Of a DNA stretch of 64,000 bases, positions 52,190-64,000 are shown in pieces. Each line of letters opens with the position of its first letter. Positions within the stretch are counted from its first letter, which is position 1. The DNA comes from Paraspadella gotoi (Eukaryota > Animalia > Chaetognatha), in contig JBJCIZ010000239.1 of NCBI GenBank assembly GCA_051294375.1, positions 405,078 to 469,077 on the forward strand. The letters are read 5' to 3'. Both the position numbers and the translations under genes were made by a program. The notes under the pieces are model-generated. The model was given only the letters and a program-made list of their open reading frames with translations. It had not been told where the DNA came from and searched no databases.

Positions 52190-53600
52190 TTTGGAGGCCA
52201 AGATCCCCGTCGACAGGATCCCCCGATCAACGAGCCTACTGCCGGCAATTGGGCCCTCTTCCCTCGAATATTTGCGCCGCGCTTACGGCTTACGATCCCT
52301 CCCCGACAAGCTAAGTTACTCCTCGACAGGAAGGTCAAACTCGACGGCATGAAACCGTCCCAACACCTCGCCAGGCTCGTGAAAAGTCGACGACCGCTCT
52401 ATAGACGACATTCGCAAAGAACTGGTTCTCAGTGAGCTCCCTCGAGACATCCGGACCAATCTCATCGATCGGCTGAAACGGCAACCGCGCCGAGTTAGCC
52501 AAGGCGGCCGACAGCACTTCGACGCCAAACGTCAAACGAGCGCCGCCCTCACATGATCGTCGACGACCAGCCGTCTCCGACAATTCAGCGGCCCGACGAT
52601 CAAACATCTATCCGACCTGCAGCGCCGTCAACAGGCGCCAGGATATCGCCCCAAGGCCTACACCTAAGCAATAGCCGGACCTCATGACACCTCCAACGCC
52701 TCGTCAGATAGATCACCGCCCCACTCCTCCAAAAACTCAAAGACTGATCTGCCAATTGTCATGCGCATACCATACTCGGCGAAAGTCGCGCTAATCGTTG
52801 CGCAGAGAGGTTGTCATCTCCAGTAAGGGAAATACGCCCAAAAGAGCCGAGAAGACGGCGTGGCGAGTCGGCGCAGGTGACCCCGCCGTCACGTCGCCGA
52901 TGCCATCCTTCACCAAACGATTCCTCATACCATCCGCTCTCTCTCCACCGTCTTACTGCGACTCAACCGTGCGCACTGGAAGGACCTGGCTCCTATGATT
53001 GGAGACGTGAGCCATGCTCTCACTAATTCTCCACTCCGAAGCGCGTCGCCGCCCAAACGTCCTCAGCTTCAGGCGGCGAAGGCATACGCCCATCGCCTGC
53101 GACTCGACGGACATCCGGCCACATAAGCGGACTCAATTTGGGCCCAAGATTGAAGTGTTCATCAGTCACCGGACGCTTCACAGAGCTCCGCCATTTCTTG
53201 GCGGAGTTCTTTTCTTGGCCGCCAATCAACCGCGAAAGGAATCCTCTTTTCCGGATTTGAAAGAATTTTTCAACAATCACGCGCCCTGCTCCGTTCGTCA
53301 AAGACGTCCGCCCACGTCAATTTTGTCGATCAATCCGACAGATATTATATCCTGCTGGCCAAATTTCCAAACAAGTGGTCCACGGCTCACGCTCACGCTC
53401 ACGCTCACGCTCACGCTCACGCTCACGCCGACATTTGAAATTCGAAGAGCCAAACACGGCGTCCGCCATTTTATTCCAAACACAAGGTCCGGCCCTTGTC
53501 AAGCTCGGGGCGAGACGTCTCTCCCCAGAGAAACTGGCGGTTTTGCGAAAGGCATAACTAGAATAAGAATGGAATGGGAATTTGGGCGTCGCAAGCAACG
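52190..53600 (+). mobile_element. Degenerate Gypsy (CsRN1-like) LTR retrotransposon fragment: gag C-half, protease remnant, RT N-terminus
   Basis: Frameshifted LDGMKPSQHLARL...ELVLSELPRDIR...AKAAD gag motifs, a Cys/His-like CHAH, and AKHGVRHFI/ARRLSPEKLAVLRK typical of the start of pol RT. (CTCACG)n insertion at 53386-53428. Confidence 0.75.
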
Positions 53601-54087
53601 AACACACAAAGCCCATGGTCATCCCCAGCGTCCCACTTTCTTAAACCTCTATTGACCGATTCTTTTGGACTCTCTGGTCACCTTTAGGCTTCCTTCTGTC
53701 GAAGCCCGATACTAACCTCCCACATGCATCTGACCCATGCAAGATCCCATGTCTTCCTCTACCGCCACACACCATCACTTCGAGGGCGGACCGACGGACC
53801 GTACAAAAGGAAATTATAGAGTCGGGATCTGCTTATATAGCAGATCCCGACTAAAAAATCTCAATGCTTTCCATTCTTTGCCTCAATTGTCCTAGTCTCA
53901 AAAGCAGAGAGAGATTTCCTCCCAAGATCATGGCTCCATCAGAAACTAGTATGTGTTCCCGGGTCTTCGAGTACAATCTCTTGGATAATCAGATAAACAC
54001 AAAAACAAACACTTTCAATCAGTTTACGAAAGAATCTTTTTAAGTTTTAGCGATTAGCCATCNNNNNNNNNNNNNNNNNNNNNNNNN

Positions 54088-55889
54088 ACAGAATAAGTGG
54101 TCAGATGAGAGAAGTACAAGTGAGACAGATTGATAAGTTGTGGAAAGAAGTGAACTTAGAGAGAGAGAGAGAGAGAGAGAGAACAGGGATAAATAATATA
54201 AATGAATACATTGTGCAATTACAACAAAGATAAATGGCATTGAAACTAAAATTAGTAAAATTTAACAATTGTATAGTTGATAGAAAGTGAAAAATGAAAT
54301 GAATTTGTGAAAAAATGAAATATGAAATTTTAAGTGTTAAGTAAATGATTAAAATGAAATTTAAGGTAAGAAAGAGCCATTGAGATCTTTTGAACCACTG
54401 ACGATCCATGTGAGATATCAGGGACAGTGAGAGGGAGGTGAATGGGTCATTCCATGCTCATGTGTTGAGCACGCAAAAGGGCGGCTCATTGATTTCAGTT
54501 ACCGCAAACCGACCACACAGACCAATACATTCCCTTCACCTCACATGCCCCTGTCACAAGTGCCACGGTCGATCCCTTACCAGGAGAGCGTTTGATTCCT
54601 CAACCCCGAGCTTCAGGCCGCCGAGCTTAGCACGTCAAAAGAGCCTTGGCGATCAATGCTACCCTCTGTGGCCTTCGAGAAGCCAGGTATCGGCCGCGCT
54701 GGCTGAGGACAGTAGGCCAACAGGGCTGTCCAAGTAACCGGACGAGTTCTTCCTCCACCCCAGGAGGCGAAACGGGAGCTTGCTGCTGAAGACCAACCGC
54801 GCCCACACGCGCAAATGGAAAATATAACAGAAGCGCCCAAGAAGTGCACTTGTCCTCCCTACCACAGGGATCACTGAATCATTGGTGGGGTTTGTAGCAA
54901 AGCAGGGATCTCAATTCAGTGACGGCCCGCGGCTCCCTACGTGAGCATTTGGTGAACCGAAAGAATAAAATCCAGACCGAAAACATCAGGAGCCGTCTAC
55001 TGGGGCCTGTGCAGGGGCGGGTACAAGCCTGCACAGCAGCATACGTGGGCGAGACAGCAAATCTCTTACAGATCGTTTCAGCACATAAAACTTACCGTGA
55101 TGACAGAGGTCATTACTTTCCGCAATAGCTGACATCACAGAAAACAGGCCATTTGTTCAGAGATTCCAGACTGTCTCGTGCTGTCCCATGACCAAACTGG
55201 TTCTCAAAGTATTAGAGAGCAGTCTACATTCAAAGCCTCGAGCCTTTGAACCGTGATGGAGGGAGATTCGACCTCCTCAAGCTATGATTCGCTTATCAAA
55301 AGTGTGGTGGAGGCCCGCCCACCACGCCGACAATGATTCCCTGTCCACTCAACCGAGACAGGCGAGACCTTACGCAGGCATGGAAACGATGCCACTCCTT
55401 CAAATGCAGCAACTCAGTCCCTCTCTCCTGTGGACTGAGCGTCGCCAAAACGAGGCTTCAGGAGGAAGAGAGGATCTTATCATCCCTGTCGCAAAAGTGG
55501 AAAAATAGACAATCGCCCACCTCGCAGCAGCGAGAAGAGGCACGGCAGGCGTATCAGCCAGAAGACATAAGAGTGGCATTGGGAATTTTTCGCCTGTACA
55601 TCCGGTGCAGAATTACTGGTTCAGTGACTCTCTCTCAGCCACTGACGCGCCAATGACCGTACATGCCATGCCCTCATTTGCATAACCAGGGAGCCAGCTC
55701 TTTTGAGCTTTTCTACTCCTAAATTTCATTTAATCATTACTAACACTTAAAATTCTCATATTCATTTTCACAATTTCCTTTCATTTTTCACTTTCTATCC
55801 ACTTACAATTGTAAATTTTACTAATTTTAGTTTCAAAGCATTTATCTTGTTTTACATTGCACAATGATATTAATTATTGTTATCCCTGT

Positions 55890-55921
<32 letters not shown>

Positions 55922-56022
55922 AAGTTTCACTTCTTTTCACAACTATTCAATCTGTCCTCCCTAGACCTGTCTCTCATCTGACCACATTCTGTCTCACCAC
56001 TTTGTTGGAAAACTTTACCCTA

Positions 56023-56067
<45 letters not shown>

Positions 56068-56190
56068 TTCTCTCTCTTCTAGCCACAAATTTTAAACCAT
56101 TCTGTCAATAACGCTGATGAAGACTTGTAAACAATCGAAAACAGTCTGTTCAACTATAAATAATTCGTTGCAAACAAAAACTTTGTCATT
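54088..56190 (+). mobile_element. 5'-truncated Penelope-like element with inverted pseudo-LTR
   Basis: 54420-55290 reads across frameshifts as YRKPT.TDQYIPF (RT thumb), LVLPY, and SGAVY...C...AYVGET (GIY-YIG endonuclease). 54088-54375 is the reverse complement of 55700-55992. Hammerhead-like motif at 56110-56150. Confidence 0.8.
56110..56150 (+). ncRNA. Minimal type I hammerhead ribozyme-like motif (degenerate)
   Basis: aacg-CTGATGA-a-gacttgt-aa-acaatc-GAAA-aca-GTC-tgtt: stem I aacg/tgtt, stem II with one bulge, GUC cleavage triplet. It sits at the 3' end of a Penelope-like element. Confidence 0.55.
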
Positions 56191-56213
56191 CTCTAAGTAC
56201 TATCTTATAACAT

Positions 56214-56965
56214 AAACAAGTTGAGCAAACAATGTCGGATCTGCCCCACTGATCATGTATCGGTAAATTTAATTATGATTAGATTATTAATAATTAATTC
56301 AAGTTAATTAATTATTTAATTAATTAATAATAATTTATTCAAGTTAGTTATTAATAATTAGGCAAATTAATGAATTAATTTGATAGAAATTTTTTTGATT
56401 GATTAATTGACTGATAATTAATTGAATTAATTAATTGACTATTGATTAGTAACTGATAATTATTTGATTAATTAGATACATGTTATATTACATTTAAAAA
56501 AAAGAAAAAGAAGCATAATCAATTGTGAAATAGTTCTTGTTTTTTCCATTTAACTCATTTTCACTTCAAACATTCTATCGAACTTAATTTCCAGTTTAAG
56601 TCAACACTTTTCTACCAAATTACAAAATTTCATCAATCGCCATCCACTCATGAGTTAATTGTGTTCAAATAGTGATATATTTTTATTTTTTCAAATTTAA
56701 ACTCATGTTCACTCAGCCGATTCCATCCTAAACTTCATACAAGGCTCAAGTCACACACTAACCCCCCACTCACAAATTCAATTCCAATCCATCCATCCAA
56801 TCACGATAATTGGTGTTTTTCTAGGGGGACATGCGGGACGGACGGATGGACAGACAGACGGACATCGTTTTTTTTTGCATAATTTTATCATAATTCGATG
56901 TTCTGAACAATGATAATGAAGTCGAAATATAGGGCCCGGACGACAGAGAATTATAATGGGACTTG
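56214..56965 (-). mobile_element. DINE-1/HINE-like element, near full length
   Basis: One end reads aacaagttgagcaaacaatgtcggatctgcccc. It carries a (GGAC/AGAC)n tract, and its core is the reverse complement of 51790-52100. Confidence 0.6.
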
Positions 56966-57384
56966 AGCGGCCTTAAATATTGAGTCATGCAAGAGGCAGC
57001 CAGAAAAAAAAAGAATCAAAAGGCAAGCAGCAGAAGCAGGCGGATAAAAGAGACGAAAAAAGAAAGAGCTTCTAGATCAGCGACTAAACATAGATGCATA
57101 GAAAAAAGATGATAAGTTGAATAAAATGATGAGTCGAATTGTAAAATGAATGCAAATTCGAATAAAATATTGCTATGAAAAAGATGGAGTTGAAGTGTGA
57201 GTGAAAATAAATTGATGCGGTTAAAAAATTTGCGAGTTAAAAAAAATTTAAAAAAAATGTGATTTATCATCTGATTATCTGATTAACGCTTAATATCGTA
57301 GGCACATCCGACATGTTTGCTCAAACTTGTTGAAAAAAATGTTAGCCTTTATTTTACAGCAATCTAATACGGTCGTAAAAATTT

Positions 57385-57948
57385 TAACAAGTTTGAGCAA
57401 AAATGTCGGATCTGCCCCTACGATAATGTAAGTAATAATAAGTAATGAAGTAATAAGCTAACTTGTCAACTTGCATAATTTAATCAATTTGGTCAACTGA
57501 CATAATTTGTTAAACTGACTTAATTTTCTACTGAGCAAATTTGGTTCAACTGACATAGTTGACCATTAAGATATTTGGTCAACCAGCATAATTTGCTCAC
57601 TGGCATATTTTATCAACTGGCCTAATTGATCAACTGGCATAATTGGTCAACAGGCCATAATTTGGTCAACTTGCAGACTTGATCAACTTTAAGAATTTGG
57701 TCACTGGCATAATTTGGTCAACTTTAAGAAATTTGGTCAACTGGCATATTTTTTGTCAATTGGCATAATTTGGTGATCAATCATCAATCAATCAATCAAT
57801 CAATCAATCATCAGAGAGAGAATTATTTATCCTAATTCGATGTTCTAACATGATATAAGTGTGTGTCCAACAATATTGAGGGGGCGGACCAACGGAACCA
57901 CAAAGTGAATTATAAGAGTCGGGATCTGCTGAAAGCACATCCGACTAA
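57385..57948 (-). mobile_element. DINE-1/HINE-like element with internal 18-bp tandem array
   Basis: Ends aacaagtttgagcaaaaatgtcggatctgcccc and gagtcgggatctgc-tgaaa-gcacatccgac. Internal (tttggtcaactggcataa)n at 57470-57775. An isolated inverted terminus lies at 57292-57331. Confidence 0.65.
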
Positions 57949-58808
57949 TAACAAATTAATTTCATTCATCTACAATATAAATATGCTTTAAAGGTTTCAA
58001 GTAATGTATAAAATTATAAAAAAAATTACAAGCTATTTTAAGACACTTAATTATACTTAGGCTAAGGGCAAATATTTCTGTAATCTTGTAATTCACAGAA
58101 ACTGATGTTACATTCTTGTTAATTTTTTTTTCATACATTTTGTATTTTCATGTAATTTAATTTGTTTTGTTTAAAGAAAAAACAAAAATGAGTTGTAAAT
58201 TGAAATATGCTTGCTTTTATTTAATGAAATATTTTTCTAATGATCGAATATTAATTATATTACATTTATAAAATATTGTCTCGTCTTTACACTTGGATGG
58301 AACTTTCACGTCTTCCAGACCATTCTTTCTAGGTTATCCCAGTTTGCCGCAACCTCCGCCACCAACGCAGCGAACTAATGCCGTGCTATGTTCGCCAAGA
58401 CTCGAAAGCTTCTAATTAAAACACCCAGAGGGACCGAGAACAGCTTCGTGATCGTAAAGAGCTGTGATGCCGAATTGTGATGGCAACAGCTAGCGCTGGG
58501 ATGACATCCATTTGGTCTGAGACGACAACGATGACAATGTCTCTTCTGGTCAGCATTGTCTAGTCATTGTCTCTGTAGGGTTTGAACCCCTTTCTTCCTC
58601 CACTCTGGGTGACTAGCCATCTCGTATCAATGAGACATATATCTACGAGAGTTTAATATTTTAGAACTTAAAATAATTGATAATGCAATGTAAATAAAAG
58701 AATCTTCATAGAGATTCGATCTCGGGACTTTTGGCCCACTTCAATTTGCTTAGTGGAAGGCGCCACTCTGTTTCACAACTTTATATATTCATTTACAAGT
58801 TTATCTAT

Positions 58809-59328
58809 TGTAGTATGTCAATAACATTATTAAAACAAAAGACATATTAACACATATAGTTTAATAGGTGTCATCACTAGTACTATTATGTTCATTATTG
58901 TTATCTACATTTCCATTGTTAAGTCTTTAACCTTCACAAAGTATTTCTCATATAGCATATACTCGCGCAAGATTAGTCACGCCAAAGACAAGTTTGCCTT
59001 TTTGGAGGCCAAGATCCCCGTCGACACGGATCCCCGCATAACGAGCCTACTGCCGGCAATTGGGCCCTCTTCCTCGAATATTTGCGCCGCGCTTACGGCT
59101 TACGAATCCCCGACAAGCTAAGTTACTCCTCGACAGGAAGGTCAAACTCGACGGCATGAAACCGTCCCAGCACCTCGCCAGGCTCGTGAAAAGTCGACGA
59201 CCGTCTCTATAGACGACATTCGCAAAGAACTGGTTCTCAGTGAGCTCCCTCGAGACATCCGGACCAATCTCATCGATCGAGCTGAAACGGCAACCGCGGC
59301 CGAGTTAGCTAAGGCGCCGGACAACAAG
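58809..59328 (+). mobile_element. Internally deleted Gypsy fragment (LTR 5' part fused to gag)
   Basis: tgtagtatg LTR-like start (~140 bp) joined to gag AYTRAR..KDKFAFLEAKIPVDTDP... Inverted copy at 62547-63045. Confidence 0.7.
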
Positions 59329-59330
59329 TA

Positions 59331-61581
59331 TGTCATCCTTCATAATCGCTTCCCCCGGGGGCGTACTGGGGCGGCCCCGCGGGGTGCCCGCGCGGGCGCC
59401 CCGAGGGCAGGCAAATCCTTACCGCCTAGGGCGGCCCCTGTAGCCTTTTTTTTGGAGCCCCAAGGGGCCACTCCAGGGGAATCCCCCAGGGGCTAGAAAA
59501 ACCTTGCCCCCTGGGGCTACCCCCAGGGGGATGGATTTTCTGCCCCCTGGAACGGCTCTCTCTCCCTCCTTATCTCTCTCTCCCTCTACTCTCTCTCTCT
59601 CTCTCGGCCTCTCTCTCTCTCTTTCTCTCTCTATTTGTCTATTTTCATCTTCATACAATAAAATATAAAAATAAAAATAATCTTTTTTCACTTCAATTAA
59701 TCAATCAATGAACCAATAGCTGCACAATACAACTTGCATAATTTGGTCACCTTGCATAATTTAGTCAATTGACATAAATTGGTCAACTGACATAAATTGG
59801 TCAACTGATATATATTAATCAACTTTTAAAATTTTGGTAAACTTTATAATTTGGTAAACTTCATAATTTGGTATTTTTTTTATAATTAGTTAACTTGCTT
59901 AATTTGGTTAACCTTCATAATTGGCTAAACTTTATAATGTAAACTTTAATAATTGGTAAACTTTCATAATTGGTAAACTTTCATATTTGGTAAACTTCAT
60001 AATTAATCAATTTGCATAATTAAATCAACTCGCATAATTTGGTCAACTTGCATAATTTGGTCAATTTCATAGATTTATCAATTGGCATAAATTGTCAACT
60101 GGTATAAATTGGTTAATTTGCTTAATTTATTCAACAGTCATAATTTGTCAACTTAGATAATTGGACAACTTGGAATAATTTGGTCAAATTAATTAATTTG
60201 GTCAACAATCAACTTAACAATTAGCTTAATTAATATTATTATCCAATAGAAATAAAAAAAGTAACTTTTGTTTTTCCATTAAACTTACTTTCTTTTTTCT
60301 ACCACACAAACAAAATTTTATCTTAAAAATTTTATAGAATAAAGAGTAGGATGGTTTTATTTTTTAATTCACTTATAAAATAATTAATTAAAAAATATTT
60401 AATTGATTAATTAATTAATATCAGTTTTTAAGTCCATCCATATTAGTATTAAACTTAATATTCGTGATTAAATAGATGGATTGGGAATAAAATTTGTGTG
60501 TGGGTAGAAAAGTATGTGGATTGAGCTAGATATAAATTTTTGCTCATCTCTCTCTCAAAATCGTCAGCCTCTACTTAACAACGTGAGTTCATCTTAAGCA
60601 ATCTACAAACTAACAATTTTAATTACAAATCTAAATAAATAAAATTTATTTACGATGTAGAACTCGTTTAATGTTGATGAATAGTTTTTTATTTTTTTTT
60701 GGGGGACTCCATAATTCACTAAGTAGGTCTGTCAGTCACTGCCCATTATTTGTTTGGTGATTTTATAATTATTTTTTTTTAAATATCAAATTATGAATAA
60801 TTTTTTTTTAAAAATTATGTCTCTCTATCAGTCTATCAGTATGTCCATCCAACAAAAAAGAAAAAAAATTAAAAAAAAAAGATAAAAAAAGACAAAAAAA
60901 AGACAAATGACTGATTAGCTTTTTACCACTAAATTTGGTATGGCTACGTCCTACATTGTTTGTTAAAACTTTTTCTATATCTTTTAACTGAATATAAAAT
61001 AATTGGGTTAAAAATACAATATTATAATTTTTAGATAAAATATGGAATAAATGAGTTAACAATATTGAAAAATATGTATATTTAATTCAGTTACATAAAA
61101 CAAGTCTTGAAAGAGAGAGAGAAAAAAAGATCTATAGAGAGAGAAAAAAGAGAGAGAGAGAAAAAAAAGAAAGAGTGAATGAGAAAAAAGAGAGAGAGAA
61201 AAAGAGAGAGAGAAAAAGAAAAAGGGAGAGAGAGCAAGAGAGAGTACAGACAGGGAAAAATATTCTCAGATATATAACATAGTCAGAAAGTATATTTTCT
61301 CATCTAAACTTTGCTCTCTCTTTAACTCGCCCTGGGGGAGCAGTTTTTTTGCTCCCCAAGGGTTACCCCCAGGGGCAAGACTTTTTTTTGGCCCCAGGGG
61401 CTAAGCATTAGGGGCGCCCCTAATAGACCCAAAATATTGGCCCCAGGGGGAACCCCCCTGGGGCGGCCCCTGAGGCAATCCAGAGGGGCGCCCTCAATGA
61501 CCATTTTGCTGCTCCCCCTGGAATAGTCTGCCCCCTGGGGCGCCCTAGAGCCGCCCCGGGCGGAGGATTTGGGAGATGACA
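59331..61581. mobile_element. Putative non-autonomous long-TIR element flanked by TA
   Basis: ta|tgtcatc...gatgaca|ta. GC-rich arms 59331-59555 and 61325-61581 carry repeated ccca/tgggg palindromes, then CT-rich (59555-59640) versus GA-rich (61110-61255) tracts. Internal 18-bp array at 59730-60210. No transposase ORF. Confidence 0.45.
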
Positions 61582-61814
61582 TATCTCCGACAACAACTCA
61601 GAGGGATTTTCGATCGTTTTTTTAGTTTCGCTTGTAATCTCACTATATTGTTTCGCCAGGAAGAAACTCCGTATTACGAGTTTCTCAAGAAATATTTGCT
61701 TTACAATAAAAATCTCAGATTTTTATTCCGACTTTTTTCTTTTGGAAGCTGCACGTTAAGCAGTTCGACCGTGTGAACAACATGAAAGCGGTTCGTCTCC
61801 GCGAGGCGTGAAGA

Positions 61815-62423
61815 CAAAAGGCAAACTTGTCTTTGGCGTTGACTAATCTTGCGCGAGTATATGCGGATTCGACTCCCCGAATCCACATCTCGATATTTTC
61901 TTTATCAAAAGCTGAGAGGTCCGGTTTCATTGGCTTTTCGACGCCCGCGTCGCCGCCATGGCGGCGTCGAGAGGTTGGGTGACGCCTCGCGGAATGATGG
62001 AGGCGTTTCAGTTCTGCGTCGGTTTCACCAATGTGGCTAAAACGATTTGAGTCCAAAGTTCGTATGAATAATAAAATATTCTCCGGAACAAAAGTCTTAT
62101 TTGTTCATTCATGAAAACAGGCCTTAATAAAATAATCAAAGCATATAGATATTTGGCTGGTTTTACCGACAAGCAATCAAAATATTATTACACAATATTG
62201 TAAACAGTAACATTAATACAAATAAACATTAACGAAATCAATAAATATCAACAAATGAAGTAGTAAACATAAATGACATTAAGAGAAATACTTTGTGAAG
62301 GTTAAAGACTTAACAATGGAAATGTAGATAACAATAATGAACATAATAGTACTAGTGATGACACCTATTAAACTATATGTGTTAATATGTCTTTTGTTTT
62401 AATAATGTTATTGACATACTACA
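61815..62423 (-). mobile_element. Gypsy 5' end: ~390 bp LTR, tRNA-Trp-like PBS, gag N-terminus
   Basis: Minus strand TGTAGT(62423)...AGCCACA(62032), 1 nt, then TGGTGAAACCGACG (62030-62017; 12/14 match to the tRNA-Trp PBS TGGTGACCCCGACG). Followed by KPDLSAFDKENIEMWIRGVESAYTRARLVNAKDKFAF. The LTR 5' boundary is inferred. Confidence 0.65.
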
Positions 62424-62546
62424 ATAGATAAATTGTAAAAGTGAATATATAAAGGTTGTGAAACTGAGTGGCGCCTTCCACTAAGCAAATTGAAGTGGGC
62501 CGAAAGTCCCGAGATCGAATCTCTATGAAGAATCTTNNNNNNNNNN

Positions 62547-63990
62547 TCGGCCGCGGTTGCCGTTTCAGCTCGATCGATGAGATTGGTCCGGATGTCTCGA
62601 GGGAGCTCACTGAGAACCAGTTCTTTGCGAATGTCGTCTATAGAGACGGTCGTCGACTTTTCCACGAGCCTGGCGAGGTGCTGGGACGGTTTCATGCCGT
62701 CGAGTTTGACCTTCCTGTCGAGGAGTAACTTAGCTTGTCGGGGATTCGTAAGGCCGTAAGCGCGGCGCAAATATTCGAGGAAGAGGGCCCAATTGCCGGC
62801 AGTAGGCTCGTTGATGCGGGGATCCGTGTCGACGGGGATCTTGGCCTCCAAAAAGGCAAACTTGTCTTTGGCATTGACTAATCTTGCGCGAGTATATGCT
62901 ATATGAGAAATACTTTGTGAAGGTTAAAGACTTAACAATGGAAATGTAGATAACAATAATGAACATAATAGTACTAGTGATGACACCTATTAAACTATAT
63001 GTGTTAATATGTCTTTTGTTTTAATAATGTTATTGACATACTACAATAGATAAATTGTAAAAGTGAATATATAAAGGTTGTGAAACAGAGTGGCGCCTTC
63101 CACTAAGCAAATTGAAGTGGGCCAAAAGTCCCGAGATCGAATCTCTATGAAGATTCTTTTATTTACATTGATTATCAATTATTTTAAGTTCATAAAAATA
63201 TTAAACTCTCGTAGATATATGTCTCATTATACGAGATGGCTAGTCACCCAAGAGTGGAGGAAAGAAAGAGGGTTCAAACCCTACAGAGACAATGACTAGA
63301 CAATGCTGACCAGAAGAGACATTGTCATCGTTGTCGTCTCAGACCAAAACTGGATGTCACTCCCAGCGCTAGCTGTTGCCATCCCAATTCGGCATCCACA
63401 GCTCTATTACGATCACGAAGCTGTTCTCCGGTCCCTCTGGGGTGTTTTAATTAGAAGCTTTCGAGTCTTGGTCGAACATAGCATCGGCATTAGTTCGCTG
63501 CGTTGGTGGCGGAGGTTGCGGGCAAACTGGGATAACCTAGAAAGAATGGTCTGGAAGACGTGAAAGTTCCATCCAAGTGTAAGAGACGAGACAATATTTT
63601 ATAAATGTAATATAATTAATATTCGATCATTAGAAAAATATTTTCGAGTTAAAAAATAAGAAGGCAAGCATATTTGTCGAAATTAACAACCGAGGTAATT
63701 TTTTTTTCTGGGTAAGAGCAAAAAACGCAAATTACAATTACATGGAAGATACAAAATGTCATGAAAAAAAAATTAGACAAAGAATGTAACATCATTCCAG
63801 ATTTTCTGTGAATGTACAAGGATGTAGCAAGAAAAAAATAAATTGCCTAGTTTTTGCGCCCTTTTAGCCTAAAGTATAATTAAGAGTGTCTTAAAATAGC
63901 CTTTTGGTAATTTTTTTATTAATTTTATACACTTACTTGAAACCTTTAAGCCTATGGAGTGGTTTGTATATGTGTAGTATGAATTGAAAT
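62547..63990 (-). repeat. Inverted duplicate of 57965-59305, including the Gypsy gag fragment
   Basis: Near-identical reverse complement, e.g. 58280-58360 vs 63505-63592. ORF 62408-62851 carries gag motifs. Confidence 0.85.
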
Positions 63991-64000
63991 TATAATTTTG

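Noticed and set aside
58280-58790. Possible solo LTR or small gene (ORFs 63090-63299 and 63303-63563 in the inverted copy)
   Set aside because: No clear TG..CA pair with TSD and no protein motif; frames are not conserved between the two copies.
57470-60210. 18-bp arrays as CRISPR
   Set aside because: Head-to-tail repeats with no unique spacers, no cas genes, and a eukaryotic context.

Overview
Eukaryotic DNA, most likely an invertebrate animal (inference): AT-rich, microsatellite-dense, with short GT-AG introns, from a gapped draft assembly with 11 N-runs. Three protein genes can be reconstructed. (1) A + strand type I membrane protein with one kringle domain (exons 2359-5540). (2) A convergent - strand SV2/SVOP-like MFS transporter, of which only the N-terminal 6-TM half is found (9495-6245). 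(3) A - strand, nearly intronless, full-size ABCA3-like transporter (27349-21925) with a single frame break between its two halves. The ~14.2 kb block holding the ABCA gene is repeated in tandem (~15250-29475 and ~29476-43942). The second copy is riddled with 1-nt indels and runs toward a 25-N gap, so it is probably a long-read gap-filling artefact. The last 14 kb is a transposon nest: DINE-1/Helentron-like non-autonomous elements, Gypsy (CsRN1-like) LTR/PBS/gag-pol fragments, a 5'-truncated Penelope-like element with an inverted pseudo-LTR and a minimal hammerhead-like motif, a TA-flanked long-TIR element, and a 1.35 kb inverted duplication. Most ORF-track entries are translations of (GA)n, (GAC)n or N-runs. 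No clearly novel multi-gene system was found. The best leads are the ABCA half-junction frame break, the kringle receptor architecture, the half SV2 gene and the hammerhead relics.
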